A stretch of 64,000 bases of DNA from Bacillota bacterium (GTDB lineage: Bacteria > Bacillota > SHA-98 > Ch115 > JABLXJ01), in assembly GCA_012839815.1 (NCBI GenBank), contig DUMQ01000098.1:376-64375 (forward strand), read 5' to 3'. A program made the position numbers and the translations under genes. This document shows, in pieces, positions 53,629-63,975 of this stretch (its first letter is position 1; each line of letters opens with the position of its first letter). The notes under the pieces were generated by a model, which saw nothing but the letters and a program-made list of their open reading frames with translations, was not told where the DNA came from and ran no database searches.

Positions 53629-54648
53629 ATGACTACTATCAGAGAGGTGGCGCGATATGCCGGTGTGAGCAAGACTACAGTGTCACACGCTCTAAGCGGC
53701 AGGCGGCCAGTTGCAGAGAAGACGAAGGCTAAGATCGCTCAGGTCATCGAAGAGCTAGGTTATCACCCCAATAGCGCGGCACAGAGCCTCGCAACCAAGA
53801 GAACAGGGATACTTGGAATGGTCTACCCTCTACCGGAGTTGAGCGGCTCTGACCGGTCAGTAGTCGAATTCATCTTCAGCGCTGCGGATAAAATGGCCTC
53901 CTTTGGGTACAAATTCTTGCTGTTGACAATGGCATATGAGGAGACTCAAGAGCTTCTAAGAGTTGTCCGCGGGGGGCATGTAGACGGACTGATACTCATG
54001 GATGTCAGGCTGGAGGATGAGCGTGTACGCTTACTGCTGGAGGAAGGTTTTCCTTTTGTCATGATCGGGAGGTGCAAGAGAAACGCGGGACTCGATTACG
54101 TTGACATTGATGCCACATCGGCGATCTATGAGGGGACGAAGCACCTTATCGACCTGGGGCACAAACACATCGTATTCATAGGTATTTCGCCGTGGGATTT
54201 CGGCTACACTCACAGAGGCCTGCTCGGCTACAGGAGGGCGTTGAGGGAGGCCGGCCTTCCCTACGATAAGACGCTAGTCAAAGCCTGTCCGTCTGCGGAG
54301 GGTTACGGTCGCAAGTTGATGAAGGAGCTTCTCGGTGATGGCAGGCATTTTTCGGCGGTTATTACATGCGGGGATTTGATCGCCGCGGATGTCATGAGCA
54401 TGCTACATGAAGAAGGTGTAAGAGTTCCCGGCGATATTTCACTGATAAGTTTCGGCGATTCCCCACTTTGTTCGCTTACCATCCCTCCATTGACAGCATT
54501 GACGATTCATGCCAGGGAAATGAGTGAGATAGCCGTTGACATGCTGGTAAGAAAACTTAGGGGCGAGCGTCTAAGACAACACCAGGTGTTACTGAGGCCC
54601 GAACTGATAGTTAGGGAAACCACCGGGCCAATGTCCCATAGCGGTTAA
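53629..54648 (+). CDS. LacI-family transcriptional regulator
   Basis: HTH N-terminus MTTIREVARYAGVSKTTVSHALSG...; periplasmic-binding-fold C-terminal domain. Confidence 0.9.
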   Translation: MTTIREVARYAGVSKTTVSHALSGRRPVAEKTKAKIAQVIEELGYHPNSAAQSLATKRTGILGMVYPLPELSGSDRSVVEFIFSAADKMASFGYKFLLLTMAYEETQELLRVVRGGHVDGLILMDVRLEDERVRLLLEEGFPFVMIGRCKRNAGLDYVDIDATSAIYEGTKHLIDLGHKHIVFIGISPWDFGYTHRGLLGYRRALREAGLPYDKTLVKACPSAEGYGRKLMKELLGDGRHFSAVITCGDLIAADVMSMLHEEGVRVPGDISLISFGDSPLCSLTIPPLTALTIHAREMSEIAVDMLVRKLRGERLRQHQVLLRPELIVRETTGPMSHSG

Positions 54649-54682
54649 CTACAAGACCTTTTCAACTCATCTACGCGGGAAT

Positions 54683-54991
54683 GTGAATGAGACATGGGAG
54701 TACATTAAATGGACTCAGGATCGTCAGCGGGTCGAACAGCATTATATTGCCGGAGGGCGGACACCTTCACGGATTGATGTGGCCACCGAATCATCTTACT
54801 GGGCGAAGGATCCCGCTTACTCTGTCTTCCTAAAGCAACTGGAATTTGCAAGACCCCGCGGGCCACATCCGCGATGGCCTGAGATTTCCAATGCTATTCA
54901 GATCGCAATTCAGGAGGCCTTGACGGGACAGCTGACGGCGAAAGCGGCGCTGGCGGCTGCTGCAAAAAAGGTAAACGCCATTCTCAAGTAA
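54683..54991 (+). pseudogene. C-terminal ~100-aa remnant of a sugar ABC transporter substrate-binding protein (family 1 SBP); N-terminal ~300 aa absent
   Basis: ...YSVFLKQLEFARPRGPHPRWPEISNAIQIAIQEALTGQLTAKAALAAAAKKVNAILK is the conserved SBP_bac_1 C-terminus. It begins only 35 nt after the lacI-family stop. Confidence 0.65.
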
Positions 54992-55069
54992 GCAGGAATG
55001 AGATGGCTGAATATTAATGAATATCTAGGGGGGCGAGGGAAAGCCCCCCTAGCCAGGAGGTAAGTTACA

Positions 55070-56011
55070 GTGGCTTCCCCCACTAGCCTTATTTTCCGAA
55101 CCCGTAAAGAGTTCTTGAAAAGTCGGAGGTCTGAACAATTCGTCCTATATTTGTTCTTGATACTCCCCATACTTTTTATCCTAGTCTTCACGGGGTATCC
55201 GGTTATCTATAATCTCATCTTAAGCTTCCAACAGGCTGATGTTACTACCCTAAGCGCAACCAGACGGCCGTTTATCGGTTTCGCCAATTATAGCATTTTA
55301 TTGCGGGATAACCTGTTTTGGACGGTATTGAAAAACTCGTTATTATTTACTGCGGGAAGTATCACTTTCCAATTTATCTTAGGATTGATACTAGCTATCT
55401 TCTTTGAAAAAAACTTCTCTATGGCCCCCTTCCTTAGGGGCTTAATTGTAGCTGGTTGGATGGTTCCATCTCTTGTTGTTGGAACGGTATGGAAGTGGCT
55501 TTTGAACACTGATTTTGGTATCATAAACTACCTTTTAATGATGTTACATCTGATCCATAGTAAGGTGTCTTGGCTTGTCTCGCCCGGTTCGGCGTTGTTC
55601 AGTGTGATCTTAGCAAACATTTGGTTTGGTATACCTTTCAATATGCTTTTACTCTCGGCTGGTTTGGCGGGCATACCGGCTGAAATCTACGATGCCGCCA
55701 AAGTAGATGGGGCGAGCGGTATAAAACAGATCAGGCATATAACGCTTCCTATGTTGAAGCCAACCATTTTCGCTGTCCTAATCCTGGGATTAATCTATAC
55801 TCTAAAGGTTTTTGATCTTATCTGGGTTATGACGCGGGGAGGGCCAACAAATGCCACGAATGTCTTGCCAGTATGGTCCTACCAGTTATCCTTCGAATTC
55901 TTTAACTTCGGCCAGGGAGCCGCGATAGCCAATGTATTATTCTTAATCCTTTTAGCCTTGGCTTTTCTTTACGTCACATTTGCGGTCCAAAGAGAGGAAG
56001 AGCTATTATGA
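55070..56011 (+). CDS. Carbohydrate ABC transporter permease (MalF/UgpA-like, BPD_transp_1)
   Basis: Six TM helices with an EAA-like loop (IYDAAKVDGASGIKQIRHITLPMLKPT). Confidence 0.9.
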   Translation: MASPTSLIFRTRKEFLKSRRSEQFVLYLFLILPILFILVFTGYPVIYNLILSFQQADVTTLSATRRPFIGFANYSILLRDNLFWTVLKNSLLFTAGSITFQFILGLILAIFFEKNFSMAPFLRGLIVAGWMVPSLVVGTVWKWLLNTDFGIINYLLMMLHLIHSKVSWLVSPGSALFSVILANIWFGIPFNMLLLSAGLAGIPAEIYDAAKVDGASGIKQIRHITLPMLKPTIFAVLILGLIYTLKVFDLIWVMTRGGPTNATNVLPVWSYQLSFEFFNFGQGAAIANVLFLILLALAFLYVTFAVQREEELL

Positions 56012-56859
56012 AAATGGAGACTTATCCTCTACGAATGCCGAGCCAAAAATCGAAAACCTTCATGAGTATCATAGGTCTCTCAGCTACTGTGATTTACCTC
56101 TTTCCGGTATACTGGATGATAGTCACGTCCTTGAAACGCAGGAGTGAACTTTTCGCAAACCCGCCTACTTTATGGCCACTGCATCCTGTTCTCGATGGTT
56201 ATCGAAGGGCTGTCGAGGTAAATGCATTGGGATACATCCGGAATAGCCTCATAATCGCCCTATTCGTCACAATACTCACCGTCGCGCTCGCTACGGTTGG
56301 ATCCTATGCCATGACAAGGATCAAGAGTAAATGGGCCAAGTGGTCGTTAATGATATTCCTCGTGGCTCAAATGATTCCATCGGTTCTCCTAGTCACTCCG
56401 ATTTATGTTATTTTCCGTAACTTGAATTTGTTAAATACCTATGTAGGCGTCATAATCGCGGATACCACTCTCACATTGCCCCTGGCCGTCATAATCATGC
56501 GTACGGCGATGCTACAAGTCCCCTTGGAAATCGAAGAGGCCGCGCGAATTGACGGAGCTTCATTTCTCCAATTGTTACCCCGAATCGTAACTCCCATGGT
56601 GAGGCCCGGGCTTATCGTAGTGGCCACTATTTCCTTTTTAAATTCCTTTGGCGAGTTCGTATACGCTGTATCGCTCATTAATTTACAAAACATGTATCCT
56701 GCCACAGCCGGTCTGTACGTTTTCACTACGGGCCTGTATGGGCAGGAATGGAATAGTGCCATGGCATATTCCACAATGCTTGTTATACCTATCCTGATCA
56801 TCTTTGTCGTCTTTCAAAAAAGTATCGTGAAGGGTATTACCTCAGGGGCGCTCAAGTAG
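56008..56859 (+). CDS. Carbohydrate ABC transporter permease (MalG/UgpE-like)
   Basis: EAA loop (IEEAARIDGASFLQLLPRIVTPMVRPGL). Overlaps the upstream permease by 4 nt. Confidence 0.9.
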   Translation: MKMETYPLRMPSQKSKTFMSIIGLSATVIYLFPVYWMIVTSLKRRSELFANPPTLWPLHPVLDGYRRAVEVNALGYIRNSLIIALFVTILTVALATVGSYAMTRIKSKWAKWSLMIFLVAQMIPSVLLVTPIYVIFRNLNLLNTYVGVIIADTTLTLPLAVIIMRTAMLQVPLEIEEAARIDGASFLQLLPRIVTPMVRPGLIVVATISFLNSFGEFVYAVSLINLQNMYPATAGLYVFTTGLYGQEWNSAMAYSTMLVIPILIIFVVFQKSIVKGITSGALK

Positions 56860-57056
56860 GCTAATCTACATTCTCGGCTTCGCGGCCGGGACGGTATGTC
56901 CTTCGTTTTAACGGTATAGCTTTCGCCCAAGAGGTCTTAATCGATGGAAATACACTCTTGCATGTCGATGGAGAGGATAACCTTGCTGACGCAGAGGTAG
57001 ATGGTTGGATGATATCTGATAAAGTTAGACTGATAAAATACGAGGGGTGATTTATC

Positions 57057-60000
57057 TTGGCTTTATTTGATTCAGTAGAAAAGTTCACGCAAACACCCAC
57101 GGGAATGCTCTTATCCAGCGGCGAAAAGCTCTTGGAGATTCGGTTCGTTGCAGACGATATCTTGAGAATCAGATTGGCTCCTAATGGTATTTTTTCGGAG
57201 GAGCCTTCCTTCGTCGTCGAGGATTGCCCTACCGGCGCTACCCAGGTCAGGGTGGTCGAGAGGGGTGATAGGATAGAAGCGGCCACCCAAAAGGTAAAAG
57301 TGGTCATCGGCCGCAATCCGTTCTCGCTATCAATTGAGGACCTCTCCGGCCGGGTGATCGTCGACACGCCCCGGAACTCACTTGAGGTCGCCAACGGCCG
57401 GGCGATCCAGCGGTTTAGATTATTTGCGGACGAAGGCATTTACGGCCTGGGGCAGGGCACATACCCGCACTTGAACCTGCGGGATCGGGAGCGGAGGATG
57501 TGGCACGAGTGGCGCGGCTACAGCCAGAGTGGACCGGCTGGTATCCCGCTGATGCTCAGCACCAGGGGTTATGGGTTCTTGCTCAACTCGTCATGGCCGT
57601 CCCGTTTCGCTATCGGCAGGGCCGAGCTTGCACCGCCTCCCGACCCGGCAACGGCCAGGACATGGGCACCAGCGCCCTGGCCGCCGGAGGAGCATTCGGG
57701 CGAGGATAACCCGGATGATATAGCCATCCTTTTAGATAATGAACAACTGGACTATTTCCTGATCATCCGCCGGACATTTCCGGAGATCCTGGGCGGCTAT
57801 GCCGAGCTTACTGGCGCAAGCCCTATCCCGCCCCAATGGGCACTGGGATACATCCAGTGCAAGAACCGCTACCGGGGCCTCGAGGAGATATTAGAGGTGG
57901 CTCGCGGTTTCAGGAAGCGGGGCATTCCCGGTGATGTGCTCGTTATCGACTGGTTGTGGTTTAAGACCTTCGGCGACCTCACATGGGACAGGAAGACCTG
58001 GCCCGATCCCGGGGCGATGGCCCGCGAGCTGGCCAGCATGGGCTTCAAACTTATGCAGGCGCAGCACCCCTTTATCGATGAGGGAGCTCTGACATGGGAT
58101 GAGTTCTCGGATAAAGGGTACCTGGTGAAGTTCACCGACGCGGACCAGAGCGGCCAGCTCATCAGCCATCAGAGCATCTACGACTTCACGAACCCCCAGG
58201 CCAGGGCGGACTGGTGGAAAAAGGTCCAGAAGCTATTTGATGATGGGATCCGGGGCTACTGGACCGATATGGGGGAGCCCGAGCTTCACCCGGTTGGCTG
58301 CAGGCACTACCTCGGAAGTAGGGAACGGGTGCACAACATCTATTCCCTCCTCTGGGTCAAGGGTCTGTATGAAGGCCAGCGCTCCTACACGGACCAGCGG
58401 GTCTTCAGCCTGCCCCGGACAGCTTATGCAGGGATCCAGCGCTACGGCGCCGCTTTGTGGTCGGGCGATATAAGCTGCACCTGGGAAGTCCTGCGCAACC
58501 AGGTTATCATAGGACAGCAGGTGTGCATGTCCGGCCAGCCCTACTGGACAACGGATATCGGCGGTTTTATGCTGCCATCGTTTTATGAGCCGGAGCTCTA
58601 CGTCCGCTGGCTGCAGTGGGGTATGTGGTGCCCTATTTTCCGCACGCATGGCACGCGGCCGGCCAACGAACCCTGGTCCTTCGGACCGGACGCTGAAGAG
58701 ATCATAACCCGGTTTATCAAACTACGCTACGAGCTGATGCCTTACATCTACGCCCAGGCCTGGCATACTCACAAGACGGGAGTGCCTATGATGCAGGCCA
58801 TGGTCATGCGCTATCCTGGCGACCGAAAAGCGGTTCAAAGCGAGCTTCAATTCATGTTTGGGCCGAGCTTCCTGGTGGCGCCCGTGGTCGAGCGGGGTGC
58901 CCGCGCCCGGAAGGTCTACCTGCCGGAGGGGAAATGGTACGACTACTGGACGGACCAGGAGGTGTGCGGCCCGGTGGAGATCGAAGCCTTCGCTCCTCTG
59001 GAGCGCATACCGGTTTATGTTAAAGCCGGGTCGATCGTCCCAACGGTGGCCGGGATGCTCCATACGGGGGAGAAGGCCTGGGACCCTCTGCTCATCCACG
59101 TCTACCCCGGCGGCGACGCCGAATTTGTGCTTTACGAGGATGACGGCGCCACCTATGGTTATGAACGGGGCGAATCTGCCAAGACGGAGATCGAGTACCA
59201 CGAGGCAACCCGGTCTCTGGTTATCAACGGCGTTGAGGGTAGATACCCCGGTCAACCCCGGGCCCGGTCGTACCAGGTGATATTCCATGATCAGGAACGC
59301 CCGGAGAAGGTTATCCTGGATGGGAAACCGGTTACTGGTTTATCTGATTATGACGGCAGTTATGACGGCAGCTACGTGGATGACGAACATGAGCCCGGTT
59401 GGCGCTACTACGCGAGATCTAGGAGGCTCGTCGTCAGTGTGCCACACCGGCCCCTGGAGCAGGTGACCTCCATCCTGGTGGTCTCGCAAGCCGCCCCGCA
59501 AGTTTCGCAAGCCCCGCTAGCGGTGGACGCGGTGGGCGCGTTGGCGGCGGGTGAGGGCGCAGGCGCGCCGCGCGAGGAGAAAGCCGCTCCAGGGCCGGAG
59601 GCTGGCAGGATTGGCAAAATTGGTGTGGATGTATCCCGGCCCGGCCCCAGGACGGCCATTGTCTACGCTTATATCGAAAAGAGCTCCGAAAAGGGCTTCA
59701 TGGGAGATGAAGGGACCCCGGTGATCTGGGAATTAAGCGCCCCCCTCGGGTGGCGTTGTTCAAGATTGAACATTCGTCCGGAAGAAACCCCGGTCGGTGT
59801 GGCGGCCTTTGCCGCCTGGGAGCTGGAGGTGGAGGGGGATGAGTTTACGCCCGGCAGCGAGGCGACGGTTACGGCCTCACTTGCTGGTGGCGATGGCGGC
59901 GGAGGGCAAAGCAAGTTGAGCAAGACCGTCCAGCTGCATAGCAAATATCATACCCACTGGTACATCCTCGGCCCGCTGCCCGGTGACGGGGGCGCTGGCT

Positions 60001-60500
60001 TCGACAGGGTCTATCCACCGGAAATGGAGGAATACCTGGACGTGGCGGCCACCTACGAGGGGGTGGAGGGGCAAGCGGTGACCTGGCGGCGCTACGACGG
60101 TTTCGATTGCTTCGGCTACGTGAACCTCCGGGGGATTACGAGTGAGAGGAAAGAGCCCTGGGAGATACGGAGGCCTGAGTATTGGCTGGCTTACGCAGCG
60201 GGCAAGGTCTGGTCGCGGGAAGCGCGCCATGCTTATATCGAACTTCTGGGGGAAGACCGCTTCAAGGTGTGGGTCAATGGAGAATTGGTTATCCTGGCTT
60301 CCGACCGCCCGGCTTTCAGGCCCGTCAGGGCACGTGTCGAGTTGAGGCAGGGGTGGAATACCATCCTGGTCAAATCCACCCAGGATGCGACCAGGGAGTG
60401 GGGCGGCCGGTCCTGGGGCTTTTACTTGAGCATCGTCGACGACGAGGGGCGCGTGATGAACGACCTGCGCTATGCGGCCGCGGTTGGGCAAGATAGGTAG
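57057..60500 (+). CDS. GH31-family alpha-glycosidase (alpha-glucosidase/alpha-xylosidase-like) with ~400-aa C-terminal beta-sandwich extension
   Basis: GH31 catalytic region: ...VLVIDWLWFK... and GYWTDMGEPE (WiDMnE-like nucleophile motif). VHNIYSLLW. C-terminal region (...KVWVNGELVILAS...RQGWNTILVK...) resembles a carbohydrate-binding jelly-roll. TTG start. Ala/Gly-rich linker. Confidence 0.8.
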   Translation: MALFDSVEKFTQTPTGMLLSSGEKLLEIRFVADDILRIRLAPNGIFSEEPSFVVEDCPTGATQVRVVERGDRIEAATQKVKVVIGRNPFSLSIEDLSGRVIVDTPRNSLEVANGRAIQRFRLFADEGIYGLGQGTYPHLNLRDRERRMWHEWRGYSQSGPAGIPLMLSTRGYGFLLNSSWPSRFAIGRAELAPPPDPATARTWAPAPWPPEEHSGEDNPDDIAILLDNEQLDYFLIIRRTFPEILGGYAELTGASPIPPQWALGYIQCKNRYRGLEEILEVARGFRKRGIPGDVLVIDWLWFKTFGDLTWDRKTWPDPGAMARELASMGFKLMQAQHPFIDEGALTWDEFSDKGYLVKFTDADQSGQLISHQSIYDFTNPQARADWWKKVQKLFDDGIRGYWTDMGEPELHPVGCRHYLGSRERVHNIYSLLWVKGLYEGQRSYTDQRVFSLPRTAYAGIQRYGAALWSGDISCTWEVLRNQVIIGQQVCMSGQPYWTTDIGGFMLPSFYEPELYVRWLQWGMWCPIFRTHGTRPANEPWSFGPDAEEIITRFIKLRYELMPYIYAQAWHTHKTGVPMMQAMVMRYPGDRKAVQSELQFMFGPSFLVAPVVERGARARKVYLPEGKWYDYWTDQEVCGPVEIEAFAPLERIPVYVKAGSIVPTVAGMLHTGEKAWDPLLIHVYPGGDAEFVLYEDDGATYGYERGESAKTEIEYHEATRSLVINGVEGRYPGQPRARSYQVIFHDQERPEKVILDGKPVTGLSDYDGSYDGSYVDDEHEPGWRYYARSRRLVVSVPHRPLEQVTSILVVSQAAPQVSQAPLAVDAVGALAAGEGAGAPREEKAAPGPEAGRIGKIGVDVSRPGPRTAIVYAYIEKSSEKGFMGDEGTPVIWELSAPLGWRCSRLNIRPEETPVGVAAFAAWELEVEGDEFTPGSEATVTASLAGGDGGGGQSKLSKTVQLHSKYHTHWYILGPLPGDGGAGFDRVYPPEMEEYLDVAATYEGVEGQAVTWRRYDGFDCFGYVNLRGITSERKEPWEIRRPEYWLAYAAGKVWSREARHAYIELLGEDRFKVWVNGELVILASDRPAFRPVRARVELRQGWNTILVKSTQDATREWGGRSWGFYLSIVDDEGRVMNDLRYAAAVGQDR

Positions 60501-60646
60501 GGTAGCGGTGAAGATAGTTCATGGTTTTTGGCTTGATCCCCTTATCAGCAGGATATTATCAGCCGCGTGGAGAATGAGTTATAGACGAGAATGGTTTACA
60601 GACCGGCTTTGAGATAAAGTGCCCGGGTAGATGGGGGATCAAAGGG

Positions 60647-62185
60647 ATGCATTACTTATTGGGGATCGACCTTGGAACATCGAGCGTGCGGGTTATCTTG
60701 ATAGACACGGACGGGAATATCCTGGGACTCGCGGGCGAGGAATATCCTATATTGATTCCGAAACCCGACTATGCCGAGCAGGACCCCGGAGCCTGGTGGG
60801 ATGCGACGAAACGGACCATCAGGCGGGTGCTGGTCAAAGCAGGTATTGACCCGCGGAATATAAAGGGGATCGGGCTATCCGGGCAGATGCACGGTACGGT
60901 ATTCGTTGATGAGGCCGGCTGTCCTCTGCGGCCGGCCATCATCTGGCCCGATAAGAGGAGCGCGCGCGAATGCCAGGAGCTCAATGAAAAGGTGGGCATG
61001 GAGCGGCTCTACCGGATCGCGGGCCTGCCTACGGCGACGGGCTTTATGGCCCCCTCGGTCTTCTGGGTGAAGCATAACGAGCCGGACATCATCAGGGGGG
61101 CTTCGAAGGTCCTCCTACCCAAGGACTACATTCGCTTGAAGCTTACGGGGAAGATGGCCACGGACGTGACCGACGCCACGGGTACGCTTTTCCTGGATAT
61201 AACGAAGAGGGCGTGGTCAGAGGAGGTTATCGAGGCAGTTGGTGTCGCGCCGGATATCCTGCCGGATCTGCTTGAATCGTCCGATATCGCAGGCGAGGTG
61301 ACGCCGCAGGCGGCCGGGGAAACGGGGCTTGCGGCTGGTACCCCTGTTGTCGCGGGAGGCGGGGACCAGGCCATGGGCGCCATCGGTAGCGGGGTCGTGC
61401 GTGATGGCATCGCGGCCTCGACCATCGGGACAGGGGGGCAGCTGATCACGTGCATATCCAGGCCCATTCTCGACCCGAGGCGCAGGGTGCATACCTTGTG
61501 CCACGCCATCCCGGGGAAGTGGATCTTGATGGGCGCGATGCTGGCTGCAGGGCTCTCGCTGCGCTGGTTCAGGGACAACTTCGGCCAGATGGAGAAGCTC
61601 GCGGGCGGCTTCAGCGGCACCGACCCGTACGAGATCCTGTCGAGGGAGGCGGAAAAGGTCCCCGCGGGCTCGGACGGCCTGGTGTTCCTGCCGTATCTGT
61701 CGGGTGAGCGCACGCCCCATATGGACCCCCAGGCGCGCGGCGTCTTCGTTGGGCTCATGCTCCAGCACGGCAGGGGGCACTTGATCCGGGCCATTATGGA
61801 GGGCGTGAGCTTTGCCATGAAGGAGTCGTTTGAGATATTCAAGGAGCTCGGGGTATCCGTCGACACGATGCTCTGCTCGGGTGGAGGGGCAAGGAGCCCG
61901 GTCTGGCGGCAGATCCAGGCTGATATCTATGAGATGCCCGTTACTACGGTCAGCAACGAAGAACACTCATCCTACGGGTGTGCCCTCCTTGCCGGGGTCG
62001 GTGTCGGCATATACCGCGATGTCGACGAGGCGTGCAGGGGGAGGGTGCGGTATACACGACCTGCGGGCCGGGAGGGCGGCGCGGTAAATGCCGAGGTAGC
62101 CGCCAGATACCGGAGGCTATTCGAGGTATATAAATCCCTTTATCCGCGATTAAAGGATGTATTCCCAAAGCTCGCGGACGTGTAA
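60647..62185 (+). CDS. xylB: FGGY-family carbohydrate kinase (xylulokinase-like)
   Basis: MHYLLGIDLGTSSVRVILID...; GIGLSGQMHG...; GGGDQAMGAIGSG...; LCSGGGARSPVWRQIQADI. Confidence 0.85.
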   Translation: MHYLLGIDLGTSSVRVILIDTDGNILGLAGEEYPILIPKPDYAEQDPGAWWDATKRTIRRVLVKAGIDPRNIKGIGLSGQMHGTVFVDEAGCPLRPAIIWPDKRSARECQELNEKVGMERLYRIAGLPTATGFMAPSVFWVKHNEPDIIRGASKVLLPKDYIRLKLTGKMATDVTDATGTLFLDITKRAWSEEVIEAVGVAPDILPDLLESSDIAGEVTPQAAGETGLAAGTPVVAGGGDQAMGAIGSGVVRDGIAASTIGTGGQLITCISRPILDPRRRVHTLCHAIPGKWILMGAMLAAGLSLRWFRDNFGQMEKLAGGFSGTDPYEILSREAEKVPAGSDGLVFLPYLSGERTPHMDPQARGVFVGLMLQHGRGHLIRAIMEGVSFAMKESFEIFKELGVSVDTMLCSGGGARSPVWRQIQADIYEMPVTTVSNEEHSSYGCALLAGVGVGIYRDVDEACRGRVRYTRPAGREGGAVNAEVAARYRRLFEVYKSLYPRLKDVFPKLADV

Positions 62186-62337
62186 TCGACAGTTCATAAC
62201 GGAGTCACGAGTTTATGACGGAGTCGCGGGGTTATGACGGAGTCGAGCGGGGCAGGCAGGGGATAGGCAGGGGAGAGCGATATGAGCGTGCCATGCGGCA
62301 TGAGGACATCGCGGGGGGCCGTCGGGGGGGGGGTATA

Positions 62338-63975
62338 ATGGAGGTGCTAGTTTCTTTGGACAATTCGAATAATCTGAATCCAGATGCCCTGGATAGTGGA
62401 TACATACTCGCCCACGACCTGGGGACCTCGGGCAATAAGGCATCATTGTATGACGCGTCTGGAAAACTTGTCGCCTCGTCATTTTATGGTTATGAGCCGG
62501 TCTACCTTAGTGTTACGTGGGTCGAGGAGGACCCGGGGGATTGGTGGGAGGCTGTATGCAGTTCTACGCGAGCCCTGCTGCGCGACTCGGGGATCCCGCC
62601 GAGCGCTATAGCTTGTATTACATTTAGCGGCCAGATGATGGGGTGCCTCCCGGTGGACGCGGGGGCGAGGCCATTGAGAAGGGCTATAATCTGGGCTGAT
62701 CATCGGGCAACTGAGCAGGCGATGAGGCTCGAGGATTCCCTGGGAGGGATCGAGGCTATTTACGGCCTGACGGGGCACAGGGTAAACGCGGGCTATTCCA
62801 TTCCCAAGATCATGTGGATACGAGATAATGAGCCTGACATTTACGCCAGAGCGCGTAAGTTCCTCAATGCCAAGGACTTTATCGTCGCGAAGCTGACTGG
62901 CAGGTTTGCGACAGATTACTCTGATGCATCCGGTATGGGGGCTCTTGACCTCAGGACCAGGAGCTGGTCTGTGCAGGTCCTTGATGCGGCTCATATTGAC
63001 GTTGACAAGCTGCCTGATCTCCATGCTTCCAGGGATGTCGTTGGCGAGGTCACGGCGGGTGCGGCGGAGGAGACGGGGCTTGCGCCGGGGACCCCGGTTG
63101 TGATCGGGGGAGGCGACGGCGTGTGTGCAACGGCCGGTGCGGGTGTGGTCCGCGAAGGGGAAGGCTATATCTGCATTGGTTCCTCCTCATGGGCTGCTCT
63201 CGCAACTGGTGAGCCGATACTGGATGCCAGGATGCGGACCTTCACCTTTGTCCACCTGGACGATAGGATGTATTCACCCTGCGGCCCTATGCAGGCGGGC
63301 GGTGGGTCATATAATTGGGCCCGGCACGTCCTGTCGCCTGTGGAGAGCATTGTTGCGGCGGATCTGGGGTTGAGCCCTTATGAGGTTATGAATGAGGAGG
63401 CCAGGACCGTGCCGGCCGGTGCGGAGAGGTTGGTCTACCTGCCGCACCTGATGGGCGAGCGCAGCCCCTATTGGAATCCGCAAGCCCGCGGGGCTTTTGT
63501 AGGGTTGACCTCAAAACATGGGCGACCTCATATGATAAGGGCTATTCTGGAGGGCGTTGCATTTCACTTGCGAATGATCATGGATGCCTTCGAGGAATAT
63601 ACCCACGTAGACAGGGTGCGCGTGATCGGCGGTGGGGCGAGGAGTGAACTCTGGCGGCAGATCATGGCGGATGTTCTTAGGAAGCCGGTGTTGCGGCCAA
63701 GGTTCCTGGAGGAGGCCACCTCCCTGGGGGCGGCCATCGCCGGGGGCGTCGGGGTTGGGATTTTCAAGGATTTCAGTGTAGCCGAAGATTTAGTGGAGAT
63801 AGTTGATATTCAGGAACCAAATCCTGATAATGCAGAAATTTACGACGGCCTCTACAGGGTATTCAAGGATACATACAGGGCTCTGGAGCCGATTTACCGG
63901 GAGTTGGCGGAGCTTCCCGGGACTTATTCCCAAGTCCCACCACATCCTTCACCTCTTCCCGGTTTTTGCACATAG
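62338..63975 (+). CDS. Second FGGY-family carbohydrate kinase
   Basis: ILAHDLGTSGNKASLYD...; ITFSGQMMGCLPVD...; GGGDGVCATAGAG...; VIGGGARSELWRQIMADV. Start ATG 62338 preferred over the long upstream extension from 62215. Confidence 0.85.
   Translation: MEVLVSLDNSNNLNPDALDSGYILAHDLGTSGNKASLYDASGKLVASSFYGYEPVYLSVTWVEEDPGDWWEAVCSSTRALLRDSGIPPSAIACITFSGQMMGCLPVDAGARPLRRAIIWADHRATEQAMRLEDSLGGIEAIYGLTGHRVNAGYSIPKIMWIRDNEPDIYARARKFLNAKDFIVAKLTGRFATDYSDASGMGALDLRTRSWSVQVLDAAHIDVDKLPDLHASRDVVGEVTAGAAEETGLAPGTPVVIGGGDGVCATAGAGVVREGEGYICIGSSSWAALATGEPILDARMRTFTFVHLDDRMYSPCGPMQAGGGSYNWARHVLSPVESIVAADLGLSPYEVMNEEARTVPAGAERLVYLPHLMGERSPYWNPQARGAFVGLTSKHGRPHMIRAILEGVAFHLRMIMDAFEEYTHVDRVRVIGGGARSELWRQIMADVLRKPVLRPRFLEEATSLGAAIAGGVGVGIFKDFSVAEDLVEIVDIQEPNPDNAEIYDGLYRVFKDTYRALEPIYRELAELPGTYSQVPPHPSPLPGFCT

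Noticed and set aside
62215-62337. 41-codon N-terminal extension of the second FGGY kinase
   Set aside because: FGGY kinases begin close to the DLGT(S/T) motif. The extension (MTESRGYDGVERGRQGIGRGERYERAM...) is Arg/Gly-rich, typical of GC-rich read-through. ATG 62338 immediately precedes the conserved N-terminus.
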